In this document: piece after piece, positions 53,848 through 64,000 of the stretch | How the letters are laid out: each line of letters begins with the position of its first letter | Position numbering within the stretch: the first letter of the stretch is position 1 | IMG/VR virus record: IMGVR_UViG_3300027759_004177 | Span: 186,001 to 250,000 of that record | DNA length: 64,000 nt | Direction: 5' to 3' (one strand) | Program-made: the position numbers and the translations under genes | Notes under the pieces: generated by a model | What the model saw: only the letters and a program-made list of their open reading frames with translations | Databases searched by the model: none | Told to the model about the DNA's origin: nothing

Positions 53848-55977
53848 TTAATATCTCCCTACTGCTATTTCGATAGTTGTTATATCATTGCCGTCATAGT
53901 CTTCAAGACTTTTTGCAATTATACAACCTGGTTCATATTTTGTTTTGTCTAAACGTTCTGCTACACCTGGAATATTGCTGGTAACCAGTCTATCGCCTTT
54001 GGCTACTGGTCCACGCACCTGACATGGTACACGGCCTGTGAGTGCCACTGGCAAGCCAGGTTTGGCAGCATTCATCAGGTATGCTGGATCGGTGCTTACT
54101 ACTCCAGCTGTTCGCGGATCGTGGCTAACGTCTGTGGTTGTTATTTCTGCGGATCCACCAAACACAACTACTGTGCCTGGAGCATATTCCGCATCAGCCA
54201 CATAGTGTTCTGCTAGGTCAGCATACTTGGCTTGGACGCTGACACCGTACACGTTGTTCCACCAAGCTGTGGTGGATCCAAGATTGACGGCCAAATTAGA
54301 TGATGGTACAACAAAACCAGATACTGTGATGTTAGCACAGGTCACTGCACCCAATGATGTGGCGCCGGTTACTGTTATGCCTGAAGAAAATGTGTTGGCC
54401 TGTGATGCCACAAAACCGCTGGTGTCAACCCACTGGGAGCCAGTGCCATCATATAGGTATTGGAATACAGTATCACTGGCGCTGTCATACCAGGTGTCGC
54501 CAGAATATGGATTGGCTGGTGATGTGGTTCCTGTAAAGTTTGTGACTAATGGTCTAGTATTACGGAATGCTCCACTACCTACGTTGAGGTTTCCTGTGAT
54601 TGCAGCTCCACCAGACACCTGCAATGCACCGGTAACGTTGCTGGTACTGGCTGTGGTATTGGATAGCACCAAGCTACCAAAAATCACATTGCCACGTGTG
54701 CCAGAGTTGACGCCTCCAGAAGTTTCAGTGGCATCTGCCAGATATTCCAATGCTCCTGTGGAATTTTCCCATCCCAGGAACGCATGTTTGTCTGCACCTT
54801 TGTAGTAGTGGAATCGAACACCGATGTCACGACCATCATCTGACGACAATGCTGCCAAATTGGCAAATGTGTGTAATTCAATAACTGAGTCAGTGACCGT
54901 CAAGTTGTTGGAACCAATGGTCACTGTGTTACCCAGCACAGTCAAGTTTCCTTGAACTGTCAGCCCGCTTGCATTCCATCCACCAGCTTTGGTTGTTGCT
55001 GTACCGGCAAGATTTTCTACGTAAAATTCTAATTCACCGTTGCTGGCGCCTGCACTGGTTTCTGCCAGAATATAAGTGAATCCGTCAACTGATTTGACTC
55101 CACCCAACGAACTCCATGCACCCGATGCATAGCCTTCAAAACTGCTGATAGTGGTATTGTATCGAACCATACCTAACGCAGGACCACTTGGTCGTTGTGC
55201 GGTATTGCCCACTGGCAAGGTCAAGTAGTTGTAACTGTTGGCACTCATTACTATGTTGCCAAGTACGTACACGTTACCGCCAACACCCACACCGGCTGCT
55301 ACAGTCAATGCTCCTGTACCAGGGCTGGTACTGGTTGTGTTTCCATTGATACCAATACTGGATAAACCTGTGATTGAGGCAGTATTGCCGCCCAAGGCCA
55401 CTGTGGTGTTACCAAATCTTACGTCAGCTGTGGCCCAACTTGGTGCATATCCTGCACCTTCTGAACGCAAGAATGTACCAATTGCACCTGCTGTAATGAA
55501 AGTGGTCACGTTGGTGTCTTGCTGAATCATCAACTGACCAGCTGATCCGCCTGTAATGTTTGTGGCACTGGTTGCTGTGGTAGCTGTACCAACAGTCAGT
55601 GCTGAACCTGAAACCCAGGTTGGTGAACTAGTACCACCCGAAATAAGAAATTGTCCAGCTGTACCTGCTAGACTTAGGCCCAGTCCAGTTGCAGTACTGT
55701 AAGGGACGGCCCCTGCGGCAGCAGTTAATACACTACCAGTTCCGCCATAGGCCAATGCCACAGCATTACCTTGCCAGAATGATCCACTACTAAAAGTTTT
55801 GTTTAATACAGTTTGTGTAGCACCTGTGGTTAATACTGTGGCGCCGCCGCCTGCTGTAGTTCCGTCGTGTAAACGTAGGGTTTTGGCGTCAGTATCGTAG
55901 GTAATTTCACCGGCGGCACCAGTAAAAGCGTTGTTTTGTGTTGTAGTTCCTCGTCTAAACTGTACTTGGGTTGCCAT
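53848..55977 (-). CDS. Tail fibre protein (Mtd-N-like N-terminus, C-terminal IMC chaperone)
   Basis: QVQFRRGTT..N..FTGAAGEITYDTD..LRLHDG; Gly/Thr-rich shaft; ADLAEHY. Confidence 0.8.
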   Translation of the reverse strand: MATQVQFRRGTTTQNNAFTGAAGEITYDTDAKTLRLHDGTTAGGGATVLTTGATQTVLNKTFSSGSFWQGNAVALAYGGTGSVLTAAAGAVPYSTATGLGLSLAGTAGQFLISGGTSSPTWVSGSALTVGTATTATSATNITGGSAGQLMIQQDTNVTTFITAGAIGTFLRSEGAGYAPSWATADVRFGNTTVALGGNTASITGLSSIGINGNTTSTSPGTGALTVAAGVGVGGNVYVLGNIVMSANSYNYLTLPVGNTAQRPSGPALGMVRYNTTISSFEGYASGAWSSLGGVKSVDGFTYILAETSAGASNGELEFYVENLAGTATTKAGGWNASGLTVQGNLTVLGNTVTIGSNNLTVTDSVIELHTFANLAALSSDDGRDIGVRFHYYKGADKHAFLGWENSTGALEYLADATETSGGVNSGTRGNVIFGSLVLSNTTASTSNVTGALQVSGGAAITGNLNVGSGAFRNTRPLVTNFTGTTSPANPYSGDTWYDSASDTVFQYLYDGTGSQWVDTSGFVASQANTFSSGITVTGATSLGAVTCANITVSGFVVPSSNLAVNLGSTTAWWNNVYGVSVQAKYADLAEHYVADAEYAPGTVVVFGGSAEITTTDVSHDPRTAGVVSTDPAYLMNAAKPGLPVALTGRVPCQVRGPVAKGDRLVTSNIPGVAERLDKTKYEPGCIIAKSLEDYDGNDITTIEIAVGRY

Positions 55978-56008
55978 GTTCTTCCTCTGTTTCTATATTT
56001 ATGCTCGA

Positions 56009-58873
56009 TTACGCCTGTGCTTCCGACCAGAACAAGTTAACATTGACTGACGCAGTATTTGTACTGCTTAGATTTTTTACAACCACTGCTAATACGTCTG
56101 GGCCGTCAGGGAAATTACTGTATCCGCCAATGGCAGAGTTTGTTAATTCTTTCAGCTGACTTAGGTCAATCTCAGAAAAACCATTAGGTTGTCCCAAAGT
56201 ACTAAAGTTTTGTTCTCCGGGCGTGGCAGCTGTGCTGGTACTGGTGCTGATCTGAGCAAAACTTGGCTGACTTCCCAGTGCTGTACTATTAACTGCTGTC
56301 CAGGTCAATGAGCTGGCATCAATGTTTCCTGGATTTAAAATACCGTATACCTGAACAGATTGATCAGCTTGCACCTGCAATTTTTGTAGCAACAACTGTG
56401 AACGGTTAATAAGATCTCTGTCTCCAAATGCACCTGCAATTGAGTTTGATACGCTGGGCGCCAAACGCAAGAAAAATGCTGTTTCGCTTTGGCTGGCAAG
56501 AATGGTGTTGTTCAATGAGGTATAGTTAAAGTAGTATCCGCGATCACTGTCATAACTACCGTCCATAATATAACTGGAGCCCCAGTGGTTAACAATTGGG
56601 GAACAGGTACAACTAATCAATGTAACCGCTGTGTAACCGTTACCTATGGCATGACTGGCAGCTGTTCCGCCGGTGAAAGTTTTGTTAGATCCGCCCACAA
56701 ACATCTGAAAGCTGGCACCACGAGTTAACCCAGTTAACGTATTAACGTTTTTTCCTGTATATGTCATAACTTCGTTATCTACCATTATGGTTCCCCCGGT
56801 GGCTGGAAAGCGGCTGGCATCGTATAAATCAATTGATGTAACACTGGAATTCATTGCTGTGGCCAATCGATCTCTAGCACTTTCGTTGATGGCTTGATAA
56901 CGTACTGTTGAGTTACCGGTACGCATGTATGCTTCATCATTGATGTTGTTTTGTTTCATACGATGGGCAAGAATCATGTTGCCGTCAGGACCACGTAGCA
57001 TAAAATCAATAAAGCCAGCACCGTACCAACTGAAACTGATTCCCAACATCTGCATTTTGTTTAGGTTAATATCATAACCACTAATACCGTTGCCATCTAA
57101 GGTATCAAAATTAAATTGACTTTGTGGTGTGCGGCGATCAATAACTGCAGCTATCTTGACACTACTTGCATTGTTGACTCCGCGATATTCTGGATTGATA
57201 GTCATGGTATTGTCGTCGGTAATGCTGCCAACCATATAAGTCATACCACGTATGACTATGCGATCGCCTGTTTTTAACTGTTGCGTAAAACGACAGTTGG
57301 TTCCAGCCACTGACTGACTGCCGGCGGTGACACTGACAAAACCCGACAACTGATAGGTGGCACTACGTTTGACCACTGCCAATTCAATACCGTCATATTC
57401 CCAAAACAATCCGTTTTGATCATCGAATGCACCAACACGGGTTGTAGCTCCGTGCCAATTTTTTACAGTCACACGTGGTAAGTTGGTAATTACCGCCGAT
57501 GTACTACCCAAAGTCGTTGTAGCTGTAAGAGTGAACACGCTTTCACTAGTGACACCAACCACACCATAGGTACCGTTGTAACCCGAAGTGACCACACCAG
57601 ATATTTCTATCGTGGCACCGGCCTGTAGGCCGTGATCAGTTTCTGTGGTCACTGTGATTGTGCTTCCAGCTGAGGTTCCTGTTGCACTGATTTGATCAAG
57701 ATTGATAACTGGATTAAACAACACCCCCGATGTCCAAAGAATACCCTTACCAGACTGGTAACGCATGTATTTTTTGGTTTGACGTGATACTGACGCACCA
57801 TGGCTAGGCAAGAATGTGCCTACGTTAATACCGCCATCAAATGGTCTGTGTTGAATAAACGCATCACTTCGTGTGTATGTTGTCGCGGTGATTGATAAAT
57901 TTTGCACGGCGCCGCCCACTCGTGCAGTAAATGTAAATGTGGTTGCAGTGGGAACTGTTTCAACAAAGAAATTGCCGCCCATTAACGCATGATTGGTTCC
58001 GGAACTTGTGACAACGTTGACAATTGGTGCACCCGGAACCAGCCCGTGTGCTGCTGAGGTAGTCACTGTGATTGTGCTTGGACTTGATGCGTTGCTGACA
58101 TATCCTGAAACTGGCATGGCTGATCCGGCATAAAAACCTCCGCGTCGCCCATATGTACTGCCTGTGAATATAGAAGCTCCTGCGGTGCCCACAAGGCCTT
58201 TGGCAAAATATGTAAATGATGTTGAATCAGGAACTGTGGCTACCACAAACGCACCTTCGGCACGTGCGGCATTACTAACATTGCCAAGACCGTGTGTTAT
58301 CACTGGCTGTGCAACACTTAGTCCATGATCAGCACTACAAGTCACTGTGATAATACTGGGGTTTCCGCCATCGGTGACGATAGCAGTGACAAACAAATCT
58401 AGACCAGGTCTTTCATATATACCTGGAATATTACGGATGTCGGTGTAGTTTTGCCACTTGGTTGGTTGCAGGCCGTATTCAAAGTCAGCATCAATCAAAC
58501 TTTGTGGATTGGCCACACGTTGGCGTTCAATGGCATCAACACCGAAAGCATAAGGTCTAACCACATTACCAATCTGTTTTGGAGCATCAGAGTAGATAGC
58601 AATGGCATCCGAACTCAACATGGCCGATGTGTCAGCACTGAATGTCACTGTGCTTACTCCGTTCTGTTCTGAATAGAACGTGGTATTGTCATCGGGGTCG
58701 TAACTGATGGTTCCATTTTTGGTAGGATCTCCAATGGCGTAGATATTGGTCTGTTGTGTTTTGTTGGCAATGATCAACAGCTGAGTTAGATCAACTTTGC
58801 CCGGAAACTTTAATGTTCCTGCCCCTGCTGTGTTGGGACTAAAAATATACTTTTCTATCAGTTGGCGTGCCAT
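56009..58873 (-). CDS. Large virion/receptor-binding protein
   Basis: Three ITVT...HGL beta-repeats, RYQSGKG and WYGAG motifs, within the fibre cluster. Confidence 0.65.
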   Translation of the reverse strand: MARQLIEKYIFSPNTAGAGTLKFPGKVDLTQLLIIANKTQQTNIYAIGDPTKNGTISYDPDDNTTFYSEQNGVSTVTFSADTSAMLSSDAIAIYSDAPKQIGNVVRPYAFGVDAIERQRVANPQSLIDADFEYGLQPTKWQNYTDIRNIPGIYERPGLDLFVTAIVTDGGNPSIITVTCSADHGLSVAQPVITHGLGNVSNAARAEGAFVVATVPDSTSFTYFAKGLVGTAGASIFTGSTYGRRGGFYAGSAMPVSGYVSNASSPSTITVTTSAAHGLVPGAPIVNVVTSSGTNHALMGGNFFVETVPTATTFTFTARVGGAVQNLSITATTYTRSDAFIQHRPFDGGINVGTFLPSHGASVSRQTKKYMRYQSGKGILWTSGVLFNPVINLDQISATGTSAGSTITVTTETDHGLQAGATIEISGVVTSGYNGTYGVVGVTSESVFTLTATTTLGSTSAVITNLPRVTVKNWHGATTRVGAFDDQNGLFWEYDGIELAVVKRSATYQLSGFVSVTAGSQSVAGTNCRFTQQLKTGDRIVIRGMTYMVGSITDDNTMTINPEYRGVNNASSVKIAAVIDRRTPQSQFNFDTLDGNGISGYDINLNKMQMLGISFSWYGAGFIDFMLRGPDGNMILAHRMKQNNINDEAYMRTGNSTVRYQAINESARDRLATAMNSSVTSIDLYDASRFPATGGTIMVDNEVMTYTGKNVNTLTGLTRGASFQMFVGGSNKTFTGGTAASHAIGNGYTAVTLISCTCSPIVNHWGSSYIMDGSYDSDRGYYFNYTSLNNTILASQSETAFFLRLAPSVSNSIAGAFGDRDLINRSQLLLQKLQVQADQSVQVYGILNPGNIDASSLTWTAVNSTALGSQPSFAQISTSTSTAATPGEQNFSTLGQPNGFSEIDLSQLKELTNSAIGGYSNFPDGPDVLAVVVKNLSSTNTASVNVNLFWSEAQA

Positions 58874-58881
58874 GTTTTTCC

Positions 58882-59805
58882 TTAAAATCCAAAAATAATT
58901 GAGTAACCCAAATAATCCGACTTGATTGATTGGTCTATGTTATTTAACGAAATAATACCTGTGAAACTTAAAACACCCAGGTCGTAGATGTTGTTGGTTA
59001 CATCCGCAACCGATCCTTCATCTTCTGTGATAGTCAACACCAAATCAGTGACATAACCCAAATCGCTTTGACTTGACGCAAACACCGCAGATGCTACTAC
59101 AGCATTTGAGTCAGCATTGACCCAGTTGGTACCATCGTAGGTTAAAACTTGTTGTACCTGTGGGCTACTTAAATTAACATCAGTTAAACTGTCTAAAGTT
59201 CCGGTATCTCTAGTGACCCATTGTACCCCAGATCCAGTACTGACCAACAGTTGTCCGTTTAGGCCTGCGTTGCCGGTGTAATCTCTCAGTCTAGCACTCA
59301 CTATCAGATTGCCAGTGGCAGTTACGTTGGCAAACGACGGAGTTGCTGTGGTATGTAGATTTTGATTGAGGTTTACAGTTTGATTTGGAGCATATATGGT
59401 TATACCACTGCTGTGTGCTTGGATATTGGCTTGGCCAAGAACTAGGGTATTACCGCTTAGATACAAATCTTTCCACCGCTGTGTTGGACTACCTAAATCA
59501 TATGTTACGTTGGCACTGGGTAATACATGTCCAGTTACAGTTATGTTACCGCCAACAGATAATACATTGCCAGTGGGATTAAAAGTTAGACCAGCACTAT
59601 TGACCAACACATTGGCTGTGCCTAGATAAGCAAGGCCGTTGACGGTGCTTCCGCTGACAGCAGAATTGATTCTGGTGATTGTGTTTGCTGAAGTTTTATA
59701 CCAGAGTACACCGTCGGTGTAGTTGATTGTGACTTCACCGTACTCTAATGTTGTCGGGACCTTGCCGGCCACCGAACTGCGTTTTAATAAAACTGTGTTT
59801 GGCAT
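58882..59805 (-). CDS. Tail fibre-like protein
   Basis: MPNTVLLKRSS..GKVP..GE N-terminus; LPSANVTYDLGS; LDSLTDV..QVLTYDGTNWVN. Confidence 0.7.
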   Translation of the reverse strand: MPNTVLLKRSSVAGKVPTTLEYGEVTINYTDGVLWYKTSANTITRINSAVSGSTVNGLAYLGTANVLVNSAGLTFNPTGNVLSVGGNITVTGHVLPSANVTYDLGSPTQRWKDLYLSGNTLVLGQANIQAHSSGITIYAPNQTVNLNQNLHTTATPSFANVTATGNLIVSARLRDYTGNAGLNGQLLVSTGSGVQWVTRDTGTLDSLTDVNLSSPQVQQVLTYDGTNWVNADSNAVVASAVFASSQSDLGYVTDLVLTITEDEGSVADVTNNIYDLGVLSFTGIISLNNIDQSIKSDYLGYSIIFGF

Positions 59806-59882
59806 CTATTAACCTAAAAAGGCCCGTTATATGTTGGTAAAAAAACCAACGGCCCGAGGATAAAAATCCCCTGGCTCAAATT

Positions 59883-62417
59883 TTAATAAGTACCACCATC
59901 AATGGTAGCACTGGTACTCAATGCATCAGTAATTCCATAACCAGTCAATGTGGTTGGTATTGCTGTCAAAGAAGCAAACGGTAAACTAATAGCTGTGTTG
60001 GCCAAAGTTGCCACACGACCATATGCATCTGTTGTTATAACTGGTATGTAGTTTGCACTACCAACTGTGGTTGCACCTGGTCCAGCGGCTGTTAAATTGA
60101 TTGCTCCAGCGGAAATAGTCAGATTACCAGCACCACTACTGGTACTGACTACACGATTGCTGCTGTCATATAAAGTCTGAGCATACAGGCTACTATTGAT
60201 AGCTGTGTTACCACCCACCGTCAATACTGTGGCAGCAGTATTGCTCAGAGTCAAGCTACCAAATTGTACGTTACCTAGTGTTCCTGTGACATTACTGCTG
60301 ACTTCGTTTGCATTGGAAAAATACACCAAAGTTTCAGTGCCGTTTTCCCAACCTAGGAATGCATGTTTATCTGCACCTTTGTAGTAGTGGAAGCGTAAAC
60401 CAATGTCTCTGCCGTCATCTGATATCAATGGTGCACCATTGGCAAATGTATGTAGGCCAATGATTGAATCGGTGACTGTCAAGTTGTTGGAACCAATGGT
60501 TACTGTGTTACCTTGTATGGTCAAGTTTCCGCCAACAGTGACATCGCCTGTTGTGGTCAAACTAGACAATGTACCTACGCTTGTGATATTGGGTTGTGCA
60601 GCTGTACTTAATGTGCCTGTTAATGTAGCACCCGAGTTACCAATTGTACCTGCCTGTACTGTGCTGGCAATAATTGTTCCACTGCTGGTTACAGCACCAA
60701 CAGCCAAACTTGTCAGTGTACCAACTGAGGTGATATTTGTTTGCGCCGCAGTACTTAATGTACCTGTTAGGGTGGCACCAGCATTACCAATGGTACCAGC
60801 TTGTACTGTACTTGCGATGATTGTGCCACTACTAGTAACTGCTCCAACTGCCAAACTGGTCAGTGTACCAACCGAGGTGATATTTGTTTGTGCGGCTGTG
60901 CTTAGTGTACCGGTTAACGTAGCACCCGAGTTACCGATTGTGCCTGCCTGTACTGTGCTGGCAATAATTGTTCCACTGCTGGTTACAGCACCAACAGCCA
61001 GTGACGTTAATGTACCAACTGCGGTAATACTAGTGTAAGATCCAGATATTCGAGCACTTGGAACTGTGCCGCTGGACAAGTTACTTGCATTTAATGATGT
61101 GAGATATGTACCGGTACCAATCAGATTGGCACCAATGTTACCAATTGTACCTGCTTGTACTGTACTTGCAATTATGGTTCCACTACTTGTGACTGCCCCG
61201 ACTGCTAAACTTGTTAGTGTACCAACTGCGGTAATATTTGTTTGTGATGCTGTACTCAACGTACCTGTTAAAGTTGCGCCTGTGTTACCAATGGTACCAG
61301 CTTGCACGGCACTGGCAATGACTGTTCCACTGCTAGTTACAGCACCAACTGCCAAACTTGTCAGTGTACCAACCGAGGTGATGTTGGTTTGAGCTGCTGT
61401 GCTTAATGTACCTGTTAAGGTAGCACCTGAGTTACCAATAGTGCCTGCGTTTACTGTTGTAGCTGTTACTGTGGTAAAACGTCCGGTGTTTGGAGTAGTG
61501 GCACCAACGGTTGTGTTGTTTAAAGAACCGCCACTTATGACTGCATTACCTGTGCTGAAGTTTGTGGCTACCTCTGTGGTACTACTTAATTGTGTAGCTG
61601 TCAGTAAACCAGTGCTGGGGTTATACGTGAGTGTACTTGCTGAAAAACTTCCAGTATTACCGTCGGTCTTGTCCGACAGCATGGGATAGAATGTGGCATT
61701 GGTGGTTGATGCTGTAACACTTTCGTATAGACTTACGTTGGCTGTTAGAACTGTTCCGTTGCCTGATATAGTGATGGTACTGCCAGCCACGCTGGTAGCA
61801 ATACCATTCGATCCATTGACAGTTAATGTGCCACCACCGGCTACACTTCCAGATCCAGTGTTGCCCGCCAGGCTGATTGTGGTGCTGACTGCATTGGTTG
61901 TTAGGCTGGTGACACGTCCTTTGGCATCAACCACAATAGTGGGAATACTTGTGGCGCTACCATAATTGCCGGCAGATACGCCGGTGTTTGTTAAACTGAA
62001 TCCAACTGTGCCGACTGTGGCGTTGGCAGTGATTTCTGTTGTGTTTGCTGCATTGGTCACTGCCACTGTGTTGACAGCAATGTTACCAGCAGCTGTTATT
62101 AAACCTTTGCCGTTGACAGTGACAAAAGGAATCTGGCCATTTGCGCCACCCCAAGTGCCTGTGTTTGAGTTTACTGTGGCTAAAGTTACTGCCAAATTAC
62201 TATAGTTACCGCCAGCAGCAGGATTAGTACTTGTGCCTGTGGCATCACCGCTGAGCGTGATTTTGTCATTTTGTGTCAGGTCTACGATTGCACTACCGGT
62301 GGTGGTGTATAAACGCCCGTCTGTGCTGTTTATGCTTAACTCGCCCAGTGACAAGTTTGCCGTGACGGGAACCTTTCCTGCGGTGCTAGCTCTTTTTAAT
62401 AATATTGTATTTGGCAT
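59883..62417 (-). CDS. Long tail fibre protein with 49-aa tandem repeats
   Basis: Thr/Gly/Ala/Ser-rich; VDAKGRVT phage-fibre repeats; ends IDGGTY. Confidence 0.8.
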   Translation of the reverse strand: MPNTILLKRASTAGKVPVTANLSLGELSINSTDGRLYTTTGSAIVDLTQNDKITLSGDATGTSTNPAAGGNYSNLAVTLATVNSNTGTWGGANGQIPFVTVNGKGLITAAGNIAVNTVAVTNAANTTEITANATVGTVGFSLTNTGVSAGNYGSATSIPTIVVDAKGRVTSLTTNAVSTTISLAGNTGSGSVAGGGTLTVNGSNGIATSVAGSTITISGNGTVLTANVSLYESVTASTTNATFYPMLSDKTDGNTGSFSASTLTYNPSTGLLTATQLSSTTEVATNFSTGNAVISGGSLNNTTVGATTPNTGRFTTVTATTVNAGTIGNSGATLTGTLSTAAQTNITSVGTLTSLAVGAVTSSGTVIASAVQAGTIGNTGATLTGTLSTASQTNITAVGTLTSLAVGAVTSSGTIIASTVQAGTIGNIGANLIGTGTYLTSLNASNLSSGTVPSARISGSYTSITAVGTLTSLAVGAVTSSGTIIASTVQAGTIGNSGATLTGTLSTAAQTNITSVGTLTSLAVGAVTSSGTIIASTVQAGTIGNAGATLTGTLSTAAQTNITSVGTLTSLAVGAVTSSGTIIASTVQAGTIGNSGATLTGTLSTAAQPNITSVGTLSSLTTTGDVTVGGNLTIQGNTVTIGSNNLTVTDSIIGLHTFANGAPLISDDGRDIGLRFHYYKGADKHAFLGWENGTETLVYFSNANEVSSNVTGTLGNVQFGSLTLSNTAATVLTVGGNTAINSSLYAQTLYDSSNRVVSTSSGAGNLTISAGAINLTAAGPGATTVGSANYIPVITTDAYGRVATLANTAISLPFASLTAIPTTLTGYGITDALSTSATIDGGTY
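60583..61460 (-). repeat. 147-bp (49-aa) intragenic tandem repeat, about 6 units
   Basis: Registers at 60583, 60730, 60877, 61024, 61231, 61378 (one unit has a 60-bp insertion); unit TVQAGTIGNSGATLTGTLSTAAQTNITSVGTLTSLAVGAVTSSGTIIAS. Confidence 0.9.
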
Positions 62418-62432
62418 CTTCTAATCCTGTTT

Positions 62433-64000
62433 TTAAAAACTACCGCCATCCATCACTTCTGACCCGTTGATTATCTTTACCCACGTGGTCCATGCACTTG
62501 TACTATACTTGCTACGAGTCCAAAAAACATTGGGCCCAGTGGCGTTATCGTACGGTCTATAATTCTGTGTTATACTCACATTTCCTGTGTTTATAACTTC
62601 TAGTTGTCCAGTAAAATTCAACGTGTTTAGCGGTGTATTGCTAGTTCCTGTCCAGCTATCTCTATTTATCAAATATACGCCCATAACAGTCAGCGTGTTC
62701 CAGTCGTTTATGTCGTTGCCGCGATCCTGGAATATGTTTGTGGCTGAAATATTGCCACCAACGTTGAGATTGCCCGAGATGCCGGCACCGCCTACTACTA
62801 CCAGGGCACCTGTGCTGGTATTTGTTGATACAGTAGCCGAGTTTGCTATTAAATTTCCGCCTACTATTTCTGTACCCAACACCAACTCTGTTTGTGTTTG
62901 TACCACAGAGTTGGTAAAAGTCACAGTTCCGGCCACACTCAAATTGCCTTGTACTTCAAGATTGCCTGTGGTTTGTACGTTGGCAAAAGTTGTGAGTGCT
63001 GCTGCTGCTGCTGCATTGGCCACTGCGGCAATGTTGGCAGAAGCTACAGTACCACTTTGTGTTTGAATGGCGCTGATTGTGCCTGCTGGAGAAACAACAA
63101 TGGCCGTTGGGTTCGGAACTTGGACTGTGGGAATTGGTATGATCACAACAGCGCCAGATACTGCATCAGTTTTAATAGTTGCACCAGCTAGGTCAATGGT
63201 ATTGCCACTGAGGTACAAGCTACGGAAACGCTGGGTAGGACTACCAATATCGTAGGTTACATTGGCGCTGGGTAATATGTTTCCAGTGACTGTTATGTTG
63301 CCACCTATGTACAGGTTGCCAGCAACACCTGCCCCGCCTTTGACTACCAATGCACCGGTTATATTTGATGTTGATGCAGTTGTGCTTGTGACATTAATAG
63401 AGTCAGTGCTAATAACTTGACTGTATGAAATAGCTGCCAGTGATGTACCACCAAATGTGGAGTTTGCTTTGTCGTATACAGAGTGTAAGATAGAATAAAA
63501 ACCACCAAAACTGTTTCTTGCCACATTTGATAGATCGGGTATCAGTGTCTGACTGTTGTTTAATGTCAACACTGATCCAGCACTTTGTGTTATGGCGTTG
63601 GCCGTATTAGTGGCCGCGTAAACCAGCGTATCGGAAATCTGTAGCGTTCCTGCTGTCAAAACCACTGATCCCATGGTAGTAACTGCTTTGACCAAAACAC
63701 CAGCCGCGGCATTGTTTACAGTGACATTACCATAATTACCACCAACCATCACTGTTGTGCCAGTGCCAGTGATACTTAATGTAGATGAAGATAAATCACA
63801 TCCTCTAAAAACTGTATATGCACTTGATGTTTTTGTTGTTGCTGTGGATACTGTACAACCGATAATATCAACTGAACCAACCGATGAGTTTGCCGAGATA
63901 ACAAGATTGGTCATCTTTAGGCCTTCAATGGTACAACCTTTGGTTATGGTCAAATTGCCAGTTAAGGTTGTATTTTTGCCCACCAATTCGTGTGTGGTTA
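62433..64000 (-). CDS. Tail fibre/spike protein, 5' end outside the window
   Basis: Beta-helix-like N-terminal part, TGALVV.GGAG..GNL repeats, ends MDGGSF; frame open at the window edge. Confidence 0.75.
   Translation of the reverse strand, partial: TTHELVGKNTTLTGNLTITKGCTIEGLKMTNLVISANSSVGSVDIIGCTVSTATTKTSSAYTVFRGCDLSSSTLSITGTGTTVMVGGNYGNVTVNNAAAGVLVKAVTTMGSVVLTAGTLQISDTLVYAATNTANAITQSAGSVLTLNNSQTLIPDLSNVARNSFGGFYSILHSVYDKANSTFGGTSLAAISYSQVISTDSINVTSTTASTSNITGALVVKGGAGVAGNLYIGGNITVTGNILPSANVTYDIGSPTQRFRSLYLSGNTIDLAGATIKTDAVSGAVVIIPIPTVQVPNPTAIVVSPAGTISAIQTQSGTVASANIAAVANAAAAAALTTFANVQTTGNLEVQGNLSVAGTVTFTNSVVQTQTELVLGTEIVGGNLIANSATVSTNTSTGALVVVGGAGISGNLNVGGNISATNIFQDRGNDINDWNTLTVMGVYLINRDSWTGTSNTPLNTLNFTGQLEVINTGNVSITQNYRPYDNATGPNVFWTRSKYSTSAWTTWVKIINGSEVMDGGSF

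Noticed and set aside
60583-61460. CRISPR array
   Set aside because: The repeats are in-frame coding units without unique spacers, and no cas genes are present.
53848-62417. Diversity-generating retroelement (Mtd-like N-terminus plus duplicated segments)
   Set aside because: Differences between the duplicated blocks are mostly synonymous and not adenine-specific, both copies are inside coding fibres, and no reverse transcriptase is in the window.
54227-63255. Many long plus-strand ORFs in the fibre region
   Set aside because: Antisense shadows of Thr/Gly/Ala-rich genes (Val/Pro-rich, no RBS or motifs).
1-64000. Alternative genetic code (stop reassignment) as in some large phages
   Set aside because: Core genes are full length in the standard code and end in TAA, TAG or TGA; no suppressor tRNA seen. 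The TAG-anticodon tRNA is ordinary Leu and the CCA-anticodon tRNA is Trp.

Overview
A 64-kb fragment of a large T4-like (contractile-tail) dsDNA bacteriophage genome, translated with the standard bacterial code. Most genes are on the minus strand. The right two-thirds holds conserved core genes: UvsY/UvsX/gp32 recombination genes, large terminase, gp4-like head completion nuclease, tail tube, a very long tail sheath, dNMP kinase, gp13/14/15-like neck and terminator proteins, a Nudix hydrolase and six fibre-like genes. Interleaved with these and filling the left 30 kb is a large accessory set: five radical-SAM paralogues, three glycosyltransferase-like proteins, three PP-loop ATP-pyrophosphatases, a glutamine amidotransferase, a ferritin-like di-iron protein, orphan Bug/TTT and DctP-like solute-binding proteins, AhpC/AhpD, a phage RNA-polymerase omega subunit and 11 tRNA or tRNA-like genes. 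Orphan Bug proteins and the AhpCD pair suggest a Betaproteobacterial host (inference). The best candidate for an undescribed system is at about 10.85-11.23 kb. There a perfect sigma70 promoter drives an unannotated 35-codon leader ORF whose last codons form one arm of a long antiterminator that is mutually exclusive with an intrinsic terminator. This looks like a ribosome-coupled attenuator upstream of a 55-aa ORF and the tRNA array, possibly sensing translational stalling or tRNA loss. Other notable items: tRNA-Ser with an A34 (ACU) anticodon, a tRNA with a 6-nt anticodon loop, an omega subunit lacking the ppGpp-contacting N-terminus, and many apparently leaderless late genes. All product calls come from motif recognition by eye; no database searches or folding programs were run.
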